A stretch of 64,000 bases of DNA from Ignavibacteria bacterium (lineage in GTDB: Bacteria > Bacteroidota > Ignavibacteria > UBA10030 > F1-140-MAGs086). The translations under genes and the position numbers were made by a program. A model generated the notes under the pieces. The model was not told the origin of the DNA and made no database searches. It saw only the letters and a list, made by a program, of their open reading frames with translations. The stretch spans positions 10,141 to 74,140 of the forward strand of contig VGWC01000001.1 in NCBI GenBank assembly GCA_016873775.1, read 5' to 3'. Every line of letters begins with the position of its first letter. The stretch's first letter is position 1. Of the stretch, positions 1 to 9,791 are shown one piece after another.

Positions 1-950
1 ACGGCATTGTTGATGGTGCAATGATGAAAGCAAACGTCAGTGAATATTATTCGTTTGCGCTGTACGGTGGTGCAAACGTTCCTTCTTCTCTTTCTTCAAA
101 AACGTTCAGCGATTTGGATAAAAATTTTGTCATCGGCGGTCAAATTGTTTCAACACTCATCGAAGATATGCGCGTGAGCGTAAGTTACGTGAACAAAAAT
201 GTTCAGAGAAAGAATTATACTTCGCAACAAACCGATTCTCTGTACAATCTCGTTAATATTCTTGCGGAACCTTCATTTCGTTATCAGCAAGCGGCAAGTT
301 TTGATATGTCGCATGCAAGCGGTGCATATTCGGAATATCTGCGATATGATTACGATATGAATATGAAACGCACGTTACGATTTCAATATGGAATGCGCTA
401 CGATGCGACAGAGCAACTTTCCGTTACTGCAGAATTCAATTTCAGAAAGCCGCGCATTCCGTACAATTCATTCTTTGCAATGTTTCCCGTCAATACGGTA
501 AGAGAATACGAAGGCGGCGTTGAATACAAACTAACACCCAACCGACGTTTGTACGGGAAATTTGCCTTCGTGAAATTTACTGACGAGAACAGCAACCGCA
601 TTTCCGTTGGATATGTTTGCAATTATGTGAACGCATCGTTTTCCAGCAACGGAGGATATGCGGGAACAAAAAATTCTTTTTCACTACAAGGAACATATTC
701 GATGCTTGAACGAACATTTATTCCATCGCTCGGAATTTCGTACGCGGCATATACACTGGAAGAAAATGGAACGCAAAAAAAAATGTTCGCCGGAATATTC
801 GGCGCGGTGATTCGTCCTTTCCCGTCTCTTTCTTTTGATGCGCAAGTGCAAATACTGAATAATCCCGTTGTGAACAGCGATATTCGATTTCTTTTCAAAA
901 TCAATTATTGGTTTTATGAACATCTCAATTTTTTTTCTGCACAGGAATAA
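1..950 (+). CDS. Partial ORF whose 5' end is outside the window. Putative outer-membrane β-barrel-like protein with alternating hydrophobic/aromatic-rich segments, located immediately upstream of the cytochrome genes.
   Basis: Frame stays open back to nt 3 upstream of the first Met. Amphipathic β-strand-like composition (YSFALYGG, RFQYGMRYD, YGKFAFVKF, ISVGYVCNY, INYWFYEHL). No recognisable catalytic motif. Adjacent to, and overlapping the start region of, the 12-haem cytochrome gene. Confidence 0.3.
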   Translation, partial: GIVDGAMMKANVSEYYSFALYGGANVPSSLSSKTFSDLDKNFVIGGQIVSTLIEDMRVSVSYVNKNVQRKNYTSQQTDSLYNLVNILAEPSFRYQQAASFDMSHASGAYSEYLRYDYDMNMKRTLRFQYGMRYDATEQLSVTAEFNFRKPRIPYNSFFAMFPVNTVREYEGGVEYKLTPNRRLYGKFAFVKFTDENSNRISVGYVCNYVNASFSSNGGYAGTKNSFSLQGTYSMLERTFIPSLGISYAAYTLEENGTQKKMFAGIFGAVIRPFPSLSFDAQVQILNNPVVNSDIRFLFKINYWFYEHLNFFSAQE

Positions 951-955
951 TAATA

Positions 956-1983
956 TGATACAACGATATTTGTACTTTGCTGTTTTACTTGTTGTTACGT
1001 TTGTTATTTCCGTTGCAATGAAAGAACCGGCATCGGGTTTAAATAATGATGACAATTCACAGTATATAAAATTTTCGCATCAGAAACATTTCAGCGAACA
1101 AAATATTGCGTGCGCCGATTGCCACACCATTGCGAAAGAAAGCAAACGTTCTTCCGATAAGTTAATGGCGAATCACGAGAGTTGCACTACTTGTCACGAA
1201 GAACAGATTTCCAATGATTGCGCATTTTGTCATACCAATCCCGAAGAGATTGTTCCGATGCAACCGAAGGAACGTGAAATAATTTTTTCCCACGAACTTC
1301 ATTTTACAAAAAACAGTATTGTGTGCGAAACGTGTCACGAAGGTTTTGAAACAGTGATGTATGCCTCGGGTTCGAATATGCCAGCAATGACATTATGTAT
1401 GAATTGCCACGAGAAGAAAAACGTTTCAAGAAATTGCGAATCGTGTCATACGGATTTTGTGAGTTTGTTTCCGGAAAATCACCGCATCGCAGATTTCAAA
1501 AAAGAGCATAAAAAATATTCTCGAGTCGGCGAAGGTGATGCGCTGTGCGCAACGTGTCACGCGGAAAACTTTTGCGAAGACTGTCACGCAGGAACGGAAT
1601 TGAAATCGTTCGGAACAAAACGCGATTTGATGACGGAACCTTCATCGAAAACCTCTGTGAACGATTCTCCCAAACAATTACGATTGCAAAATGTTCACGA
1701 GTTGAATTATCGTTTTTCGCATGGAATTGACGCGCGTTCACGATTTCTTGATTGTTCTTCGTGTCACGACCAAAAAACATTCTGCAACGAATGCCACGAC
1801 GCGGGGGGTAACGTTACGCTGCAAAAAATTAAACCGGAGTCGCATTTTTCTGCAGGGTTTGCCACGCTTCCGGGCACAGATGGCGGAAGACATAAAGAAC
1901 TTGCGCGCCGCGATATTGAAAGTTGTATGAGTTGCCATGATGTTGACGGCAAAGAACCACTTTGTGCAATGTGTCATCAATAA
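956..1983 (+). CDS. Multihaem cytochrome c with 12 CXXCH motifs and an N-terminal signal-anchor.
   Basis: Twelve canonical CXXCH haem-binding motifs counted in the translation: CADCH, CTTCH, CAFCH, CETCH, CMNCH, CESCH, CATCH, CEDCH, CSSCH, CNECH, CMSCH, CAMCH. Hydrophobic N-terminus MIQRYLYFAVLLVVTFVI. The ORF track starts at 916; the ATG at 956 just before the hydrophobic segment is the more likely start. Confidence 0.85.
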
Positions 1984-1995
1984 GGAGTTAAAAAA

Positions 1996-3108
1996 ATGAT
2001 TGCAAAGAAATTTTCACGTTACAGAAAAGAGATTGTAAGAAGTGCTGGAATTGTTTTGGCAGTTCTTTTTTCGGGATGCACCAAATTGAAAGACGATTTG
2101 CCATCTCAGGTGCAAAGCGGTTCGCAAATTCATTTACCAAGTTGGAACGATACAACGAAAGCGGATTTTCACGGAAAATTTTTGAAGTCGAAACATTGGA
2201 AACTTTCGAGTTGCGAACAATGTCACGCAAAAAATTTTGAAGGTGGAAAGAGTAACGTATCGTGTTACAAATGTCATACATTTCCACATTCGGAAATGTG
2301 GGATACAACATTTGTCGGATTTCGTACGAGTGAAAAATTTCATGGAACATATTTACGAGAAAATAATTGGCAACTGGAAAAATGTCAATCGTGTCATGGC
2401 GTTTCATATATGGGAGGAAGTCGCGCCAATGTGAGTTGTTCAAATGTTGGATGCCACGAAGATTTTATGGGAATGCAAAAAACACCCGAAGCGTGCAACA
2501 CGTGTCATGGTGATTTCCGCGCAATGGAAACTGATATAATTTCCTTTGCGCCTCCGCGGGCAATCAACGGAGATACTTCTACAACAGTTGCTGGAGTTGG
2601 CGCGCATCGTCGTCATCTCCTTGCAGATTCGGTTGCGACGGCGATTCGTTGTTCGGAATGTCATTCAGTTCCTGATGCAGTTTCCAGTCAATATCATCTT
2701 GACGGCGATAATATTGCCGAGGTGAAGTTTCTTGATACGCTTTCAGGAATAGTAACTGCAAACGGATTACATATTCCGAATCCGACGTATGATTCCGCGA
2801 CTAATAAATGTAGCAATGTTTATTGTCACGGCGATTTTGTTGCGCGGAAAGCAACTTCTACATTTCAATTCGGTTATACTGATACGGTAATGTTGGGTAA
2901 TATTTTTTCTCCGAAATGGACGGATGGAAATTCTCAAGCCGCGTGTGGAACATGTCATAATTTACCGCCCGTTGGACATATTCCATCTACGATACAAAAC
3001 TGCGGAAGTTGTCATACCGGAATTGTTGATAATACAGGGAGAATTATTGACAAAGTTAAACACATCAACGGAAAGAAAAATATTTTGGGACAAGAACTGA
3101 ATTTCTAA
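1996..3108 (+). CDS. Multihaem cytochrome c lipoprotein with about 7 CXXCH and 2 CX4CH motifs.
   Basis: Lipobox-like LFSGC after a basic, hydrophobic N-terminus. CXXCH motifs CEQCH, CYKCH, CQSCH, CNTCH, CSECH, CGTCH, CGSCH, plus CSNVGCH and CSNVYCH (CX4CH). RBS-like GGAG is 8 nt upstream of the ATG. Confidence 0.85.
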   Translation: MIAKKFSRYRKEIVRSAGIVLAVLFSGCTKLKDDLPSQVQSGSQIHLPSWNDTTKADFHGKFLKSKHWKLSSCEQCHAKNFEGGKSNVSCYKCHTFPHSEMWDTTFVGFRTSEKFHGTYLRENNWQLEKCQSCHGVSYMGGSRANVSCSNVGCHEDFMGMQKTPEACNTCHGDFRAMETDIISFAPPRAINGDTSTTVAGVGAHRRHLLADSVATAIRCSECHSVPDAVSSQYHLDGDNIAEVKFLDTLSGIVTANGLHIPNPTYDSATNKCSNVYCHGDFVARKATSTFQFGYTDTVMLGNIFSPKWTDGNSQAACGTCHNLPPVGHIPSTIQNCGSCHTGIVDNTGRIIDKVKHINGKKNILGQELNF

Positions 3109-3134
3109 ACTCTTGAAACAGAAATTTTCCAAAA

Positions 3135-3172
3135 GCAAAGGAAGAAAATACGTTTGCTTTTTTTCATTACTG
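3135..3172 (+). terminator. Possible intrinsic terminator after the 9-haem cytochrome gene.
   Basis: 'aagcaaa–13 nt–tttgctt' stem followed by TTTTT. Confidence 0.3.
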
Positions 3173-3390
3173 AAATCAAACGCTTTTTTCTATTGCACGA
3201 ATGAGAATATAAATTCGTAATAATACTTTATCTGTTGAACGCATCTTATATTTCTTGATTATTCAGTGAAGAATTATGAAATTTTACGGTACTTTTTTTG
3301 TTTTTTTTCTTGATGCACACTTTGAACTTGGCATAAAATTTGTTTTGACAATTGAATATCTGATTATTTAAATTATAAACTTCTATACAA

Positions 3391-4803
3391 ATGCGACGTA
3401 CTTCAATTATTCTTTTCATTGTTTTTCTAACAATAACGATTCCATCGTGTAAGAAAGATGATAATAACATAACGCCTCCAATAGATTACGGAAACATTGA
3501 TACGATTAAATACACAAAACATGTGCAGGCGTTGTTCAATGATAAATGCGCTACGTCGGGATGTCATTCTTCGGCGACGAAAAGCGCGGGATTATCACTT
3601 GCATCGTGGAGTGGAGTTGTTCACGGTTCTTCGATTGGCGAAGTAGTAATTCCGTTTCGAGCGGATAAAAGTTTGCTTACGTATTTATTCGATGGAACTT
3701 CATTGAGAAAAAATCATCGAGCAGTAGAAAAGAAATTAACAACAGCAGAAATAAATTTTCTAAAACGTTGGATAAACGAAGGCGCAAGCAACGACGCGAA
3801 CGAAATACCGTTCACTAATTCTACAAACAAACTGTACGTTCCCAATCAAGGCGAAGATAACGTAGCGGTGATTGATTTGGATAGTATGCGCGTTATTCGT
3901 TATGTAAATGTTGGTGAATTGCCGACAAATGAAGGTCCGCATTTTGTAACTGCACGAAGCGATTTTTGGTATGTTTCACTTATAGGAGCCAAACAAGTGT
4001 GGAAATTTGATACGCACAATGATACGCTTGTTGTCGGAAAAGCAAATGTTCCCGGTTCTCCCGCATTGCTTACGCTTACACCCGACGGAAGCAAATTATA
4101 TGTTTCGCAATTTATGACTTCGGCTATCAATAAAGTGTATGTTATCAATACGAGTACTATGACTGTCGTAGATACGTTAACCGTTGGGAAAATGCCGCAT
4201 GGAATACGCATCAATCATTCGGGAACAAGGTTGTATTGCGCCAATATGATGTCGGATAATGTAACCGTTGTTGACGTTGCAACGAATGAAGTGTTGGAAC
4301 ATATTCCGCTTGCGTGGGATGCAAATCCGGTTCAGCCGAATTATTTACCGATTGAAATTGCTATTTCTCCCGATGATAATTTTTTTGCTGTTTCCTGTTC
4401 GAAAGACACCAAGAATGAAGTGCGAATTTTCAACACTTCTGCACACGCGCTTGTGGATTCGTTTCACGTTGGTGTTCAGCCGTGGCATTTACAATATTTG
4501 CGCGATGGAAGTTCTATAGTTGTTACCAATAGAGTTGGAAATTCCGTTTCACAAATTCATATTGCCGCGCGCCATGTGAATACCATACTATCCGCATCCA
4601 ATTTCGATTATCCGCATGGTTGCGTCATTTCGCCGAATGGAGGATATACGATTGTTTCCAATGAAAATGCGTATCATCGTTATCTTCCGCGTTATTTGTC
4701 GGAGTATGTCGGCAACGTATGTATTATAGATAATGCGCTGGCGCAAGTTGTCAAAGTTATTGAAGTCGGGAAAATTCCTACGGGAATTTCGGTGATTGAA
4801 TAA
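3391..4803 (+). CDS. Lipoprotein with an N-terminal PSCyt1-like (planctomycete-type) cytochrome c domain fused to a YVTN-family β-propeller.
   Basis: Signal peptide plus lipobox (TITIPSC). N-terminal domain FNDKCATSGCHSS…SAGLSLASW…VIPFRADKSLL…FLKRWINEGA resembles PSCyt1. It is followed by repeated 'YV.N….V.VID' β-propeller blades (LYVPNQGEDNVAVIDL, LYVSQFMTSAINKVYVIN, LYCANMMSDNVTVVDV, etc.). Confidence 0.65.
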   Translation: MRRTSIILFIVFLTITIPSCKKDDNNITPPIDYGNIDTIKYTKHVQALFNDKCATSGCHSSATKSAGLSLASWSGVVHGSSIGEVVIPFRADKSLLTYLFDGTSLRKNHRAVEKKLTTAEINFLKRWINEGASNDANEIPFTNSTNKLYVPNQGEDNVAVIDLDSMRVIRYVNVGELPTNEGPHFVTARSDFWYVSLIGAKQVWKFDTHNDTLVVGKANVPGSPALLTLTPDGSKLYVSQFMTSAINKVYVINTSTMTVVDTLTVGKMPHGIRINHSGTRLYCANMMSDNVTVVDVATNEVLEHIPLAWDANPVQPNYLPIEIAISPDDNFFAVSCSKDTKNEVRIFNTSAHALVDSFHVGVQPWHLQYLRDGSSIVVTNRVGNSVSQIHIAARHVNTILSASNFDYPHGCVISPNGGYTIVSNENAYHRYLPRYLSEYVGNVCIIDNALAQVVKVIEVGKIPTGISVIE

Positions 4804-4850
4804 ACAATTCTGTTTCGCAGATTTTAAAAAAAATTCAACTATTTGTTTTT

Positions 4851-6155
4851 ATGAAACGTACTATCTTCATCATTTCTGTTGTTATTCTTGCAATTTTTTC
4901 CAGTTGTAGAAAAGACGATAACACACAACAACCGCCGCCGTCCGAATATAAACTCACAGATTTTGAATCCTCGCAATCGTGTTCGACGTGTCATCCACAA
5001 TACTACGAAGAATGGAAAGGTTCGATGCATCGCTATGCAACGAACGACCCGATTTGGATGCTTGCGGCAAATTCACTTCAACAAAGCACGAACGGTAAAT
5101 TGAAAGACTGGTGTTTTCAATGTCATTCACCGATAGCATTTCTTACAAAAACATCGCCAAAAATGATTGATATTTCAAAATTACCGGAAATCGTTCGCGA
5201 AGGAGTGAACTGCGATGTATGTCATACATTGTTACCGCCTCATAAAACCACTGACCAAAATATCTTTTACAACATCAAACCTGGGAAAACAAAATATTCT
5301 ACGCTCAAAAATCCTGTTCCTGCCGGCGCGCACGAAAACGGTTACGACGCATCCCAAGACCGTTCAGAATCGTGTCGTCAATGTCACGATTTGATAGTGA
5401 ATGGTATCCCGTTGGAAATGACATTTACCGAATGGCAAAATAGTCAATGGGCAATGTCGGCGGAATTTGATTGTCAAGATTGTCATATGAAAACCTATAC
5501 AGGTCGCGCAGCAACCGGAGGACCTATTCGTGAAAATTTACATCGTCACGATTTCATCGGCGTAGATGTTGCAATCACCGATTTTCCGAATAAGCCGCAA
5601 CAACGTGCCGCTATTGATTCGCTTTTAAAAAATGCTGCGACGCTTACTGCAAATATTCCTTCTTCTGCCAATCTCAATGATTCCATAAACATCGGAGTTA
5701 CTATTATCAATGACAAAACGGGACATAATTTGCCGACGTCGGTTTTTTTCAACAGACAAATGTGGATAGAAGTAACAGTTTCCAAAGGAAGCGACACGGT
5801 ATATCGTTCCGGTCATTTCGATGCAAACGGCGATTTGATGGATAACAACAGTGCAATTGCTCCAAATGCAGATAAAGATTTGGTCATTTTCAACGGTTCG
5901 CTGTATAAAGATGGACACCCGTCGAATGCATTCGAACTTGATTCTGTTGTGAATAAAACCATTCCTCCGTTTGCTTGGCATACGGCAAATTACAAGTTCA
6001 AAGTTCTCTCTTCCGGAATATGGAATGTAAAAACACGCTTGCTCTTTCGTCCGTTTGGACCGTATTTATTTCGGAGTTTAGGCGCAAGTCAATATGTGTC
6101 CGAACTTCCTGTGTTCGAGATGAACTCGTACGAAACGAATATCAACGTTCAATAA
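4851..6155 (+). CDS. Pentahaem cytochrome c lipoprotein.
   Basis: Signal peptide plus lipobox (IFSSC). Five CXXCH motifs: CSTCH, CFQCH, CDVCH, CRQCH, CQDCH. Confidence 0.8.
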   Translation: MKRTIFIISVVILAIFSSCRKDDNTQQPPPSEYKLTDFESSQSCSTCHPQYYEEWKGSMHRYATNDPIWMLAANSLQQSTNGKLKDWCFQCHSPIAFLTKTSPKMIDISKLPEIVREGVNCDVCHTLLPPHKTTDQNIFYNIKPGKTKYSTLKNPVPAGAHENGYDASQDRSESCRQCHDLIVNGIPLEMTFTEWQNSQWAMSAEFDCQDCHMKTYTGRAATGGPIRENLHRHDFIGVDVAITDFPNKPQQRAAIDSLLKNAATLTANIPSSANLNDSINIGVTIINDKTGHNLPTSVFFNRQMWIEVTVSKGSDTVYRSGHFDANGDLMDNNSAIAPNADKDLVIFNGSLYKDGHPSNAFELDSVVNKTIPPFAWHTANYKFKVLSSGIWNVKTRLLFRPFGPYLFRSLGASQYVSELPVFEMNSYETNINVQ

Positions 6156-6293
6156 CCATACTGTTGCAGAGTATAAGGGTTTCAATTTTGAATTGAAGAT
6201 GCGACACGATTTCTTTTTTTCTTTCAAAATGGGAAAAAAGAAAATGGCATAAATATTGTAATAAGATAATTTGAATAATAATTCGAGGTTTTT

Positions 6294-6746
6294 ATGTCAA
6301 CAATATTTAGTAAATCTTGTGAATATGCACTGCAATCAATGCTGTATATTGCACGCAAAGCAAAAAATCAGCCGATTTTACTCCGCGATATTTCCACTGA
6401 ACTCAACATTCCTTATCATTTTCTCAGTAAAGTATTGCAAAATCTTGTGCGCGACGGTTTAGTCGTTTCGCATAGAGGAATCAACGGCGGATTTTTCTTA
6501 GGGCGCTCTGCGGAAGAAATAACGCTGTTCGATATTATTTGCGCTATTGAAGGAAAAACATTTTTCGATAATTGCATTCTCGGTTTTCCCAAATGCAGCG
6601 ACGAGTATCCATGTCCTGCTCATTTTCAATGGAAGGATGCAAAGTCCATTCTTCTCGAGGTCTTTCAGAGAAAAACCGTTGCAGAATTATCCATAGCACT
6701 TGACCCGAAACTGGAACTTGTTCACAAACTTTCAGGTATGAAGTAG
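6294..6746 (+). CDS. Rrf2-family transcriptional regulator (IscR/NsrR-like) with a 3-Cys cluster.
   Basis: N-terminal wHTH 'SCEYALQSMLYIARK…PILLRDISTELNIPYHFLSKVLQNLVRDGLVVSHRGINGGFFL' is typical Rrf2. Cys cluster CILGFPKCSDEYPC. Confidence 0.85.
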   Translation: MSTIFSKSCEYALQSMLYIARKAKNQPILLRDISTELNIPYHFLSKVLQNLVRDGLVVSHRGINGGFFLGRSAEEITLFDIICAIEGKTFFDNCILGFPKCSDEYPCPAHFQWKDAKSILLEVFQRKTVAELSIALDPKLELVHKLSGMK

Positions 6747-6973
6747 GGGAATTTTCTATTTCGCAATTATAAATAATAGTAAAAAGCAAGTCGGATACTT
6801 CTCATTTCTGATACAAGTATCCGATTTTTGCTTTCAATTGTGAAACCATAAATAAGATGCGTGATTTATTCACATCAAATAAGGAACTCATTTTCTTTTT
6901 TTACATATTTATCATTGGCACATTTTTTGTTTTATGAAATGCACGATGCTACGAAATAATAAAACCCGAAAGA

Positions 6974-8362
6974 ATGGAACAACCTATTACACAAATAGAT
7001 ATTGATTTTCTAAAGAAGTACGACAAAGCAGGGCCGCGCTATACAAGTTATCCTCCTGCTCCTATCTTTACTGTGGAATACAACGAGAAACTTTTTGAAA
7101 TTGACATTATAAAAAATAATGATGAAAATTACGCCCCGTTGTCACTGTATATTCATATTCCTTTTTGCGATACGTTATGTTATTTTTGCGGTTGCACAAC
7201 AGTAATAACAAACAATCGCCAACAGATAACACGCTATATATCAGCATTGAAAAAAGAAATAGAAAACATCGTTCCATATCTCAACAAGCGACGGCGCGTA
7301 GTACAACTCCACTTCGGCGGAGGAACTCCATCGTACCTTGAACCGAAAGAAATCGAAGATGTGTTTTCATTCATCGGTGAAAAATTCCGCTTTGCGCCGA
7401 ACGCGGAAATTAGTGTAGAAATTGACCCGCGAGGATTATCGTACGAACATTTACAGGCGTTTCGCAACGGAGGAGTAAATCGCATCAGTTTAGGAGTGCA
7501 GGATTTTGACGAAAACGTACAACGCACCGTCAACAGAATACAACCAGAAGAAATAACAACGCAAACGATTGCATGGGCGCATCAACTTGGAATAGACAGC
7601 ATCAACATAGATTTGATATACGGATTACCGTTGCAAACAGAGGAACAATTTTTAAGCACATTGAAAAAAATAATTCGCCACGCGCCGAATAGAATTGCCG
7701 TGTTCAATTTTGCGTATGTTCCTTGGATGAAACCACATCAAAAACTCATTCACGCAGAAGATTTACCTTCGGCGGAAACAAAACTTGCGTTGCTGAAAAC
7801 TACGATAGAACAACTAACGGGCGCTGGATACGAATATGTTGGAATGGATCATTTTGCAAAACCCGAAGATGAACTTGCGCGCGCGCGAAACGAACGAACA
7901 CTTCACAGAAATTTTCAGGGATATTCGACTAACGCGTATGCTGATTTGTATGCATTTGGAATGTCTTCCATTTCTCATTTTGGAACTACGTATGCGCAAA
8001 ATTGTAAGACATTGCAAGAATACTTCGATGCAATAGAACGGGGAAAATTTCCTATCAGTGTCGGTTACCGAATGACGCGCGACGACATTGTTCGTAAGTA
8101 CGCTATTATGCGATTAATGTGCGATTTAGTTCTGGATAAACAAGAAATGGAAGAACGATTTGGAATTTCGTTCAACGAATATTTTGCAGAATCGCTTGAA
8201 ATGCTGGAAGAATTTACGGAATCTGAACTTGTGAAAATCAACGAAGAAGAAATTCGCATAATCGGAATGGGACGTTTTATTCTCCGTAATATTGCAATGG
8301 TTTTTGATGCATACTTAAAAAAAGAAACAGAGGGAAAGAAACTCTATTCGCGAACTATTTAA
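6974..8362 (+). CDS. hemN: Oxygen-independent coproporphyrinogen III oxidase-like radical SAM enzyme (HemN family).
   Basis: N-terminal 'KYDKAGPRYTSYPPAP', radical-SAM CxxxCxxC (CDTLCYFC) and the expected length of 462 aa. Matches the established HemN architecture. Confidence 0.88.
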   Translation: MEQPITQIDIDFLKKYDKAGPRYTSYPPAPIFTVEYNEKLFEIDIIKNNDENYAPLSLYIHIPFCDTLCYFCGCTTVITNNRQQITRYISALKKEIENIVPYLNKRRRVVQLHFGGGTPSYLEPKEIEDVFSFIGEKFRFAPNAEISVEIDPRGLSYEHLQAFRNGGVNRISLGVQDFDENVQRTVNRIQPEEITTQTIAWAHQLGIDSINIDLIYGLPLQTEEQFLSTLKKIIRHAPNRIAVFNFAYVPWMKPHQKLIHAEDLPSAETKLALLKTTIEQLTGAGYEYVGMDHFAKPEDELARARNERTLHRNFQGYSTNAYADLYAFGMSSISHFGTTYAQNCKTLQEYFDAIERGKFPISVGYRMTRDDIVRKYAIMRLMCDLVLDKQEMEERFGISFNEYFAESLEMLEEFTESELVKINEEEIRIIGMGRFILRNIAMVFDAYLKKETEGKKLYSRTI

Positions 8363-8495
8363 AATGATGAACCAATGTTGAAGAATTCACAAAAAGCAAA
8401 ATATGTTGTTTTAAAAAAATACAAGCATAACGTATTTTGTCAACAAGATGTTCACTTGGTACACTTTTTGAAGATGCCATTATCATTGAAGATGT

Positions 8496-9041
8496 ATGAA
8501 CACGGCATTTTCAGAGATACAACGAAGCGGAAATTATTATAGCAGTGTGATGAGTTTTCATAGCGATCCGATTGAAACATTAGTCAAAGAACACGATGAC
8601 GCTTTGAAGCAACTGAATATTTTAAACAATGCGGCAATGTCCATTAAAGTGAACGGTTTTTCTGCCGAAGCGTTTGAAAAAATTGCCAAAACGATACGGT
8701 ACATCGGAACTGAAATGCGCAAACACGACGAGAAGGAAGAACGATTTCTTCTTCCATTGTTGGAAAAACATGTAAGCGGACCTTCCTCAGCGATGCGCAA
8801 CGAACACAGGGAGTTATGGGCGGCATTTTCGCAATTGTTGCAATTAGTTCACAATGCCGAAGAAGGAAAAATTACCGGTCGTTCCATTTCCGATTTAGTG
8901 CGTTCATCAATTTTTATCGTCGAACTCTCTACTACGCATATCGCAAAAGAGAATAATGTTCTTTTTCCAATGGTGAAGCAAGTTCTTTCCCAAGAAGAAT
9001 ATGAACAACTGAAACGAGATTTTGCAACAATAGAACAATAG
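8496..9041 (+). CDS. Hemerythrin-like (HHE cation-binding) domain protein.
   Basis: Repeated H/E-containing helices (LVKEHDDA, MRKHDEKEE, MRNEHREL, THIAKE) consistent with a hemerythrin-like di-iron domain. The true start may be an internal Met (MSFHSD…). Confidence 0.5.
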   Translation: MNTAFSEIQRSGNYYSSVMSFHSDPIETLVKEHDDALKQLNILNNAAMSIKVNGFSAEAFEKIAKTIRYIGTEMRKHDEKEERFLLPLLEKHVSGPSSAMRNEHRELWAAFSQLLQLVHNAEEGKITGRSISDLVRSSIFIVELSTTHIAKENNVLFPMVKQVLSQEEYEQLKRDFATIEQ

Positions 9042-9114
9042 AATGCTTTGTTAAGAGTAATGAACGGCATGAGTCAATACGCGGAGGCGCTCCGTGTAAC
9101 AGTTTGCGTGCAAT

Positions 9115-9363
9115 GTGTTTTTCGAAAGTCGAAACTTACGATGTGAAAGAGAAATCGAATGTCCGATGTTTTGCTACTTACCGGAAATGGTAAAAATTGT
9201 CAACGTTATGGAATGTGATGCATTAAGTGAGTATCTTGATGTATTGCGTCCGATTATCTGTGAAAATTGTAATGAAAGTACCGAAGGTTTTTGTTTTAAG
9301 CGCAGTGAAGATGAATGTCCTTTCGAAATGTATTTCTCGTTATTGAAGTTGTTACATTCATAA
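9115..9363 (+). CDS. Small Cys-rich hypothetical protein. Start uncertain; may be a non-coding ORF.
   Basis: ORF with 10 Cys in about 80 aa (CEREIEC, CENC, CFKRSEDEC). No recognisable family. Confidence 0.25.
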   Translation: MFFESRNLRCEREIECPMFCYLPEMVKIVNVMECDALSEYLDVLRPIICENCNESTEGFCFKRSEDECPFEMYFSLLKLLHS

Positions 9364-9470
9364 ATTTTCCGTAAATCTTATCGAGTTTTTTTTAAGTTAA
9401 GGGAATATATTTTTATTACCGAACCAATTGAAAATCACTTACATCAAATTTCATAGATAATCATACGCCG

Positions 9471-9791
9471 ATGAGCAACATTCCAAAACAATACAAAAAA
9501 TTTTCTAAAGATTTTCCTGAGGTAATCCACGCATACGAAGCATTAGGAAAAGCAGTTCATTCTGCAGGTCCGTTAAATGAGAAAACACGTGCGCTTATCA
9601 AACTCGCTATTTCCGTTGGCGGGAAATTGGAAGGCGCAGTTCACTCGCATACGCGCAAAGCGCTCAATGCCGGCGCATCTCCCGATGAAATTCGACACGT
9701 TGCTTTGCTTGCGCTTCCTACCATTGGTTTACCTTCGATGATGGCGGCAATGAGTTGGGTAAACGATATTCTCGACGAACGAAAAAAATAA
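9471..9791 (+). CDS. Carboxymuconolactone decarboxylase (CMD/AhpD-like) family protein.
   Basis: CMD-family signature 'ALIKLAISVGGKLEGAVHSHTRKALNAGASPDEIRHVALLA' and the expected size of about 106 aa. Confidence 0.7.
   Translation: MSNIPKQYKKFSKDFPEVIHAYEALGKAVHSAGPLNEKTRALIKLAISVGGKLEGAVHSHTRKALNAGASPDEIRHVALLALPTIGLPSMMAAMSWVNDILDERKK

Noticed and set aside
916-955. Upstream Met (MNISIFFLHRNNN) as the start of the 12-haem cytochrome
   Set aside because: It overlaps the preceding ORF. The downstream ATG at 956 directly precedes the hydrophobic signal-anchor, which is the more plausible start.
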